A stretch of DNA of 64,000 bases, taken from NCBI GenBank assembly GCA_963749155.1, contig CAVVLO010000002.1, positions 96,001-160,000 of the forward strand, written 5' to 3'. The stretch is from an uncultured Armatimonadia bacterium (GTDB lineage: Bacteria; Armatimonadota; Zipacnadia; CAVVLO01). Positions 52,027 through 58,812 of the stretch are shown here, piece after piece (the first letter of the stretch is position 1; every line of letters starts with the position of its first letter). The notes beneath the pieces are model-generated. The model was given only the letters and a program-made list of their open reading frames with translations. It was not told where the DNA came from and ran no database searches. A program made the position numbers and the translations under genes.

Positions 52027-52947
52027 CTAGCGTTTTATCATACCAAGTAAGCCGGCTGCATTGACCAAAACCGCTTGTGCCTGCCCATATTCATACGAAA
52101 ATTGCTGTAAGGCACCAACGTTTGCGGCCATCTCGGCCCGGCGCAGGTGAGTAACCGCACTTTGCACCTGGCCGACAAACTGCAGTCTCATTGGATTATC
52201 ACGCCCTAGCTGCACCAAAGGCTCGAGTAAGGCTTCACCTGCCTGACGCTCTCCTTCGGCCCTTGCCTGATCGCCCAGGCTCCAATGCTGGGTGGCCAGA
52301 TTGAGGTGATTCAAAGCCTCATCAGCAATTGCCACGAACCTCGACTCATCGAGGAAAGCCGAACCAGCCAGTCCAATAATAATAATTACAACAGCTACAG
52401 CCATTACCGCAAGCACGCCAAAAGCTACCTGGGGACTAGCGCGCCGGCTAGTTGGCCTGGGCCAGCCAGGAGCTGGACGCGCCCATTGGGGAACAGGCCG
52501 GTTGCCCGGCGCGGTCGGCATTACCGGTCGCTGCCCCTGATTTTGGCGCACCTGGGGCGAATTCTCGCACCCATAGGTCGTACAACCGCCGTTCTCCTGC
52601 CAGCATTCCTCGTGATGGGGGATACCGCAGGTAGGACAAACGATACTCCTCTCCCCAGCATCTATTTCGCACTGACAATAAGGACAATTTCTACCTTTCG
52701 TTGGACTGGCCTCGGACTTCATCTCCACAGGTTCGCCTGGCTCATCGAAGGGAATGGGCGCTGGCGCCGTTTGGGTTGGCCCCAGAGTTATTAGCACCTC
52801 GTCATCCTGGTCTAGTGAAGGCAAATCTGATACGCGTGGCCGTGCAAGCGAGGTCTCGAATATCTCCCCGCATACCGGACACATATAAGGAGCAGGCCCT
52901 GCGTCTCGAAACTCGCGCCTGCATCTTGGACAGACAAGCTCAGCCAT
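52027..52947 (-). CDS. Zn-ribbon plus prokaryotic RING (Prok-RING_1-like) plus TM plus external helical domain; candidate E3
   Basis: CPRC/CPVC; CPYCQCEI...CPTCGIPHHEECWQENGGCTTYGC; TM. Confidence 0.82.
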   Translation of the reverse strand: MAELVCPRCRREFRDAGPAPYMCPVCGEIFETSLARPRVSDLPSLDQDDEVLITLGPTQTAPAPIPFDEPGEPVEMKSEASPTKGRNCPYCQCEIDAGERSIVCPTCGIPHHEECWQENGGCTTYGCENSPQVRQNQGQRPVMPTAPGNRPVPQWARPAPGWPRPTSRRASPQVAFGVLAVMAVAVVIIIIGLAGSAFLDESRFVAIADEALNHLNLATQHWSLGDQARAEGERQAGEALLEPLVQLGRDNPMRLQFVGQVQSAVTHLRRAEMAANVGALQQFSYEYGQAQAVLVNAAGLLGMIKR

Positions 52948-52953
52948 ATATCC

Positions 52954-53640
52954 TCAGTCGGGCACCTGCTCTGATGCTTCGCTTCGGCCGGTCCTCAAAG
53001 GGGCTGGTTGGCCTCTCGCGTTGCATCCGTATGCGGCACAGCCTGCATTTTCGCTCCAGCAGTCGAAATGATGAGGCAGTCCGCACTTGGGGCAAAACAA
53101 CACCACATCGCCTCGCTCGAAAGGGCTCAGGCAGTAGGCACAAATCTGCCCTGCCACTTCGTCGCCAGCTATCACGAGGTCATAACCTGAATGCCTGAAA
53201 CTCGATGCTACTCCTGTATTGCGCGCGGTCTTGATATGAACGAACAACTGCTGTCCCTGGGGCGACACCAGATGCCACAAGACCAGGCCCCACAGTATAG
53301 AGACAAGCGTCATTGCGCCCAGGGCGAATCCCTGCCAGAGACCGTACGAGAGCCCACCCCAGACTGCAAGCCAGAGCGTAAAAATCCCTGACAGTATGCC
53401 GCTGAAAGGGTCTTCGGAATCGATAACCACATCGCGCAGCTCGGTCCAGGTCACTCGCCGACGCCGCGCAAGTATCACTGGCACAGCGAGCGCCACCAGC
53501 ACTCCCGCCAGGAGGAGCGGCCAGGCGAACACCGTTCCAATGAGCGAGGCGCCCAAGGCGATAAATCCGCCAGAAGCCACGAACAGCAACGCGAAGGCAA
53601 GACCTCCGCGCAGCTCCCTGGAGCCAGACTGACTGCGCAC
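52954..53640 (-). CDS. Four-TM protein with C-terminal prokaryotic RING; candidate E3
   Basis: CAYCLSPF...CPKCGLPHHFDCWSENAGCAAYGC. Confidence 0.82.
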   Translation of the reverse strand: MRSQSGSRELRGGLAFALLFVASGGFIALGASLIGTVFAWPLLLAGVLVALAVPVILARRRRVTWTELRDVVIDSEDPFSGILSGIFTLWLAVWGGLSYGLWQGFALGAMTLVSILWGLVLWHLVSPQGQQLFVHIKTARNTGVASSFRHSGYDLVIAGDEVAGQICAYCLSPFERGDVVLFCPKCGLPHHFDCWSENAGCAAYGCNARGQPAPLRTGRSEASEQVPD

Positions 53641-53718
53641 TATACTCCACCGGGCACAGGCGGCCTTAGCTGGCCTGACGCGCCCCCTCTATCATATCAA
53701 ACAGGTGGCGTGTAGGGG

Positions 53719-54351
53719 CTACGTTCCGACCAGAGAAGGCAATCCGCAACACAGGCACGTAAAGAGCAGTATCACCAGTGAGTACACCAGCAGGCTGCGA
53801 CCAAAAGCTCTATCCTCAGGATGGCGCTGCCCCATCAGGATTGCGCCGCCGACAATTCCAGCAAGAGGGCCGATCCCGGTAAAAGCCAGCAGCAGAACCA
53901 TTATGTAGAAAATAGTCCTGACTGCCGCCGGGATCGCCGGCTGTGGCCTCGTCCCTCTGGCAGACCCCCTGTCCCACTGGTCGCCCCGCTGGTCGGACGG
54001 ATAGGGATAGGGCGGCGCCTCTGGACTACGCGGAGCAGTAGGTTCGGTGCGCCCAGCCAGAGCGCGCGCCTGAGGGCTTTCGCTGCAGCCATAAGTTGTG
54101 CAACCCTCGTTCTCTCGCCAGCATTCGAGGTGATGCGGGGTAGCGCAAACTGGACAGCTATGAGTCTGATCTGAAGGGCCAATCTCACTTTGGCAATACG
54201 GACAGAGTTTGCCCACTACGCTTGCTGGCGCCTCTGGCTGGCGAGGGGCTGCGGGCTGCCTTGTAAACATCAACTGGCAATGGGGGCAGAAGTGCATCTC
54301 CCCCGGCTCGTCCTCAAAATTCTGGTTGCAGCGTGGGCACTGGACCTGCAA
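53719..54351 (-). CDS. Zn-ribbon plus prokaryotic RING plus two TMs; candidate E3
   Basis: CPRC/CPHC; CPYCQSEI...CPVCATPHHLECWRENEGCTTYGC; TTG start with AGGAG RBS. Confidence 0.82.
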   Translation of the reverse strand: MQVQCPRCNQNFEDEPGEMHFCPHCQLMFTRQPAAPRQPEAPASVVGKLCPYCQSEIGPSDQTHSCPVCATPHHLECWRENEGCTTYGCSESPQARALAGRTEPTAPRSPEAPPYPYPSDQRGDQWDRGSARGTRPQPAIPAAVRTIFYIMVLLLAFTGIGPLAGIVGGAILMGQRHPEDRAFGRSLLVYSLVILLFTCLCCGLPSLVGT

Positions 54352-54369
54352 GTAGCAGTTCTCCTTACA

Positions 54370-55059
54370 CTAGCTCTTGAGCCATAAGGCAAAGCCGCGC
54401 AGTAACGCCAGTTCTACCACTCCAAGCAAAATCAGCAACCCCAGGGTGCGCAAGGGAGCTTTCCTCAGCATACTGATGCCCGAGGTACGTCTGTCATGCA
54501 GCGCGAGCGCTGCCAGGTTGATTAGCGCCCCTGCAAGGAGCACCCCAAGCAAACTGAGTCCATCGAGCACAATCCAGCCTGGTCTGATAAGCAATACCAA
54601 CAGGCTGACCCCAGCCAGTGTAACCAGACCAAGCCCAAAGGGTTCCCAGACAGATTTGAACATTGGGCGCCGCGGGGGCCTGGCCGGGGCATGGTTAATA
54701 ATAACCAGCAGCAGACTGGCCAGGGCAGGCCCGGCGAAAGCCCCTGTTGCCAAACGGGTCAGGTTGTCAGTTTCTCTGAAGCCCAGACCAGCAGAAATAG
54801 CATCCAGCCCCATCGGTGCAAGTAAAGCCAGCAAGGCAAGCATACGCCAGACATCGCCTGGATAGTCGGCTTTCGCGCGCCCAAGTGCAGCCAGAAGGAG
54901 CACTCCGACAACAAGTCCCAGATGCACTCCCGTGCAACGCGCGCAGAGGGCCAGTTGCACTTCGCCAGGAGCGAAGGAGTGGCTGGGCATCCGATGGCAT
55001 AAACAGGCGCCTAGCTGATCAGCGCTTTGCCGAAACAACTCGACCCACTCGGGAGCCAC
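54370..55059 (-). CDS. DUF2085 family membrane protein
   Basis: LCHRMPSHSF...LCARCTGVHLG, PMGLD, NLTRLATG. Confidence 0.85.
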   Translation of the reverse strand: MAPEWVELFRQSADQLGACLCHRMPSHSFAPGEVQLALCARCTGVHLGLVVGVLLLAALGRAKADYPGDVWRMLALLALLAPMGLDAISAGLGFRETDNLTRLATGAFAGPALASLLLVIINHAPARPPRRPMFKSVWEPFGLGLVTLAGVSLLVLLIRPGWIVLDGLSLLGVLLAGALINLAALALHDRRTSGISMLRKAPLRTLGLLILLGVVELALLRGFALWLKS

Positions 55060-55061
55060 AA

Positions 55062-56074
55062 TTACGTCCCAGCCGGCTGCTCGCCGCTCGCAGGAAGAAT
55101 CAGTAACCGCCCTGGCAACAATCTGTCAGGATTCACAATCCCATTCAGCCTGGCAATTTCCACCCAGCGCTCGCGAGCCCCGAGTTTTTGCTCCGCTATA
55201 CTGCTTAAGGTATCGCCGGCGCTACCTGATAGATTTGGTAAACCGCCTCGGCTTGGGGTTGAACGGCAGTTGGAGCAGGCTCGGTCTGTACGCCCGCAGC
55301 AATCGGTGGAGGGAGCTTGGCCAGTTCAGCCTGGGCCGCATAGAGTTTGATTTTTACATCTGACAATTCAGTTTCCAGACGCTGGACCCTGGTTGTCAGC
55401 GCAAGCAGCAGCACGCAGGCAGCCAGCAAGAGCGCCCAGGGAGCCCAGAGGGCCAACCTCGAGGCCGGTTGCGCAGCCGGCTGAAGGGCCTCGGGCGCCA
55501 GCCCCTCGTGCACCAGGTGATAGCCGGGCAGCAGTTCAGGCCCTGAGTCGGTATTTCCGAAAAAGCCTTGTTCTTTGGCCCGAGGGTCGTAAACCAGCGC
55601 CACCTGAGAGGGCATATTGAAAAAATTGCCCTGGATAAAAAGGTCGTGACCTGACAGGAATATGCCGAATCCAGGATGAGAGTGCACCCAGCCGACGACT
55701 TTCTGGTCAGGATAGTCGGCTTCCAGTACCTCATAAATGTGGTTCCAGGCTTCGTGGGTGAAGGTAAGGCTGGCTCTGCGCGAGTCGGCGCCCTCGGCGG
55801 CGATCATCCCAGTCACATGGATGTGCCAGCGCCCGCGCTTTTCGTGGGAAGTACCCACTAGCACCCCGCCCAGCTCATTGGAGAGATCCTGACTAAGGCA
55901 GGCGACGATCTGATCCCAGACCGGGGCGTCCAGATAGACTTGTACGCGCGCGGACTCAGGCTGTCCAATAGCCTCGCAGTGTTCGGGAGCAGGCAGTTTG
56001 GAGGCAGAGCCTCCCCCGCCCTCTACGGCAGGGGCAAGCTCTAATTCGAAGCCTTCTTCGTTGTTATCAGTCAT
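55062..56074 (-). CDS. JAB/MPN+ peptidase plus TM plus coiled coil plus LysM (frameshift near 55217)
   Basis: ELGGVLVG, GWVHSHPGFGIFLSGHD; TM; restoring one base gives YQVAPGDTLSSIAEQKLGARERWVEIARLNGIVNPDRLLPGRLLILP, with stop at 55062. Confidence 0.85.
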
Positions 56075-56078
56075 CTGA

Positions 56079-57410
56079 TCAGATTCTCGACAGGTTGCGC
56101 TGGATACTGGCAGGCTTGCGTTTATGCTCGAGGCGAGGCTCCATACTGGTCGCCAGCGCCCCAAGGGCGCGAGCGCGATCCGCGGCCAACAAGTAATGCT
56201 TCATCTCGAGTCCTACCCGCGCGGTCACGATGTCGTAGAGGGGCAGGCCAATCTCAGCCAGTGTCATATCGCCGAACTCTTCGGTCCCGCTGTAGGTATG
56301 AGCCAGCTCGGTATCGCGCGCTTCTCCACAGCCCGGGCACCTGGCATCTTTTTCGGACAGTCTGCCAAGCAGTTTGAAAACAGGTTCTCTTGTTCCGCAC
56401 TTTTGGCACAGGAAGGCCGCAACCAGCTCGCGGTCCAGTTCTACCAGCGCCTCAGGTCCCAGATCAGTTCTGGCCCGTTCCAGCAAAGCGTTGAAGGTCA
56501 GGTCAGCGACTCCAGCTTCAAGGGGGATTACTTCCTCAAAGGTAAAATGGGACAGGCAATCTTCTTTCCTTGGATAGTCTACAAGGAAAGAATCGTGAGT
56601 CAGCCCGTTAAAGACCCAGCCCTTGCCGTAAAGCACAGGGAGTTCGGGGCGAGCGTGCAAAAGTTTTAACGCCTCCAGCACTTGTACACCTGCCACGATG
56701 GAAGCACTGGTTGGAGTTGTCGGCACCTTCCCCTCGAGCAACTGGTCCCGGCTGAGCAGAGCGCAGGACTTGCGAGCCGCCAGCAGCTTGGTGTCGAATT
56801 CGTTCATCGTGCATTCATAGCAAGACGAGTCCGGTGGCACAAAAACTCGCGCGATGCCATTCAACACTTCTATGGCGCCATCTATCCAGGGAGTGTTTAC
56901 CTTCCAGCAGGCCTGGTTGATACCGAGTCTGGCCTCCCGGTTGTCAAGCCCGCCGAGGACGACATCCATCTCCAGGAAAACGCCAAGCCCAATATCGGTC
57001 AGCACATTGCCCTGCACCGCGTGAACCGCACAGTCAGGGTTGATTTCCCTGACTGTTTCAGCAGCCACTTCGGCCTTCGGGCGTCCCTCGTCTTCGACCC
57101 GGAATAAAACCGAACGCGTAAGGTTGGAATGCTCTACCGTATCGAGATCAAGCACCAGCAGATTGCCCACGCCAAGCAAAGCGAGATTCTTGAGCAGCTC
57201 GTTTCCAAGCGCGCCGGCGCCTACAATCAGCACCGAAGAAGCTTTGAGCAGAGTTTGATCCCACCAGGGCACGAGGAAGAAACGCGCATAACGGCTGGCT
57301 TCTTCCTCCATACTGACAGTGAGAGGCCCGCCTTCCGCGTCCTTGCCCGAAGGCGCGGGCGCGGGGCCTTCTACAGCAGCCCCGAGCTCAATATCAAAGT
57401 CATCACTCAT
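56079..57410 (-). CDS. E1 ubiquitin-activating-like enzyme (ThiF family with C-terminal extension)
   Basis: VGAGALGNELLKNLALLGVG, DLDTVEHSNLTRSVLFR, GLDNREAR, CYEC, candidate catalytic Cys in RKSCALL. Confidence 0.92.
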   Translation of the reverse strand: MSDDFDIELGAAVEGPAPAPSGKDAEGGPLTVSMEEEASRYARFFLVPWWDQTLLKASSVLIVGAGALGNELLKNLALLGVGNLLVLDLDTVEHSNLTRSVLFRVEDEGRPKAEVAAETVREINPDCAVHAVQGNVLTDIGLGVFLEMDVVLGGLDNREARLGINQACWKVNTPWIDGAIEVLNGIARVFVPPDSSCYECTMNEFDTKLLAARKSCALLSRDQLLEGKVPTTPTSASIVAGVQVLEALKLLHARPELPVLYGKGWVFNGLTHDSFLVDYPRKEDCLSHFTFEEVIPLEAGVADLTFNALLERARTDLGPEALVELDRELVAAFLCQKCGTREPVFKLLGRLSEKDARCPGCGEARDTELAHTYSGTEEFGDMTLAEIGLPLYDIVTARVGLEMKHYLLAADRARALGALATSMEPRLEHKRKPASIQRNLSRI

Positions 57411-57413
57411 CTG

Positions 57414-57683
57414 CTAACCAGCCGTGACTTCTGGCTGCAACCGCATCACGTCGCCATCCTTCACGCCAGCGTCGGCAAGGCTTTCGTCGTCCGTAAGTTG
57501 CTTGCCCGACTGCTTGTGGACCACTTTGTAAGAGAGCGGTTGGCCGTCAGGGCCGGTCGCCGGCAGTTTCATCATCTGCACAAGCTTGGCAACAATACGA
57601 CGCACCGCTACATCATCCGGCACGGTCGCCTGCTGTTCTTTGTTGCCAGTTACATCAATTATGGTCACGTTGACCTGTCCCAC
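57414..57683 (-). CDS. Ubiquitin-like beta-grasp protein (YukD/EsaB-like) ending in Gly
   Basis: VNVTIID...VPDD...GKQLTDDESLADAGVKDGDVMRLQPEVTAG-stop; GTG with AGGAGG RBS. Confidence 0.9.
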   Translation of the reverse strand: MGQVNVTIIDVTGNKEQQATVPDDVAVRRIVAKLVQMMKLPATGPDGQPLSYKVVHKQSGKQLTDDESLADAGVKDGDVMRLQPEVTAG

Positions 57684-57695
57684 TGCTGGCCTCCT

Positions 57696-58706
57696 TTAGT
57701 GAAGCTGGATGTCTATATCATCCAAATTTTCTTCTGGTTCTTCGCGTGGCGCCTGAGGTTGCGGGGTTGTCGGCCCGCCGAAATGGATCTCGGGCTCAGG
57801 CCCCACCTCCTGCGGTTGGACTGGCTGCTGGCCTGGCATCGGAGTGTGCGGGCCTTTCTTCATGAACAGCCAGGTGATTACCGTTGCAATCGCCATTATG
57901 ATGAATATGACAAGTACCCAAACCGCCGGATTGGCGGGAGGCTTTTCTTCGGCTGGCACTTCAGGCACATCGGTCTCAGGAGGGCTGGGAGTCTCGCCCG
58001 CCGGAGGCCTGGCGCCTTCGACAAGCTTAAGGCTGAATTGCTTATGACTTGGGACTACCAGGGCTGAGACGCCTTGCTGATTGAGCAGCTTCAACAAGTC
58101 GTTGCTTGGCAGGGCAAAGCCCATACCCTGGGCGCCTTTCAGTACGCGCACAGCTACCCCCAGCACCTCGCCCTGCGAGTTGAGCAGCGGTCCACCACTG
58201 TTGCCAGGATTTAGCGCCGCATCTGTCTGCAGGAATGGCTGGTCCTTTTCTTCCGAAGGCAAGGAGCTGATGATGCCCCGAGTAGCCGAATCGATGGCAA
58301 AAGGCGAACCAATCGCAACGACTGAATCGCCCTGCTTTACGCTTGCCGAATCGGCAAGGGCCAGTGCAGGCGAATTGTCCACCGGGACTTTCAGCAACGC
58401 CACGTCGGCCTTCTCATCCCGGAAGGTTACCTGGGCCTGGGTCTTCTTCTTGCCGTATAACTCGACATCCACCATCGGATGCCCGCCTACGACATGCGCG
58501 CAGGTCACCGCGACGCCATCGGTGTTGATGAAGAAACCAGTGCCAATCCGTTGCTTGCCCTCTTCATCTACCGAGACCTGAAGGACAGCTGGTTTGGCTC
58601 CTTCAATCAGGGCAGGGGTCGGCTTGTCACCAGACTGACAGAAGGCCGGTAAGCCTGAAATCGTTATCCAGCCAGTAAGGAGCATTGCGAGCACTAGCCA
58701 CTTCAT
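57696..58706 (-). CDS. Membrane-anchored trypsin-like (HtrA-type, no PDZ) serine protease
   Basis: Signal peptide; GTGF, TCAHVV, DVALL, TDAALNPGNSGGPL; C-terminal TM and acidic cytoplasmic tail. Confidence 0.9.
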   Translation of the reverse strand: MKWLVLAMLLTGWITISGLPAFCQSGDKPTPALIEGAKPAVLQVSVDEEGKQRIGTGFFINTDGVAVTCAHVVGGHPMVDVELYGKKKTQAQVTFRDEKADVALLKVPVDNSPALALADSASVKQGDSVVAIGSPFAIDSATRGIISSLPSEEKDQPFLQTDAALNPGNSGGPLLNSQGEVLGVAVRVLKGAQGMGFALPSNDLLKLLNQQGVSALVVPSHKQFSLKLVEGARPPAGETPSPPETDVPEVPAEEKPPANPAVWVLVIFIIMAIATVITWLFMKKGPHTPMPGQQPVQPQEVGPEPEIHFGGPTTPQPQAPREEPEENLDDIDIQLH

Positions 58707-58748
58707 TGACCATCACCTGCTCAAATCGTGGTGCCAACTCACTCGTAA

Positions 58749-58777
58749 AGTATAAACGACCCTGGGCTACCCGACAA
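58749..58777 (-). promoter_or_regulatory. Sigma70-type promoter for the ubiquitin-like operon
   Basis: Minus strand TTGTCG-17 nt-TATACT, about 40 nt upstream of ATG 58706. Confidence 0.55.
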
Positions 58778-58812
58778 CAGAAACTCTGTATACGATTTTA
58801 TTACGCGGCCGA

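Noticed and set aside
56079..57683. ThiS/MoaD plus ThiF/MoeB sulfur-carrier pathway
   Set aside because: No thiamine, molybdopterin or cysteine synthesis genes and no rhodanese domain; the E2 and RING genes point to protein conjugation
47800..57683. Type VII or type VI secretion locus (YukD-like, FHA, vWA)
   Set aside because: No EssC/FtsK ATPase, WXG100, sheath, Hcp or baseplate genes in the window
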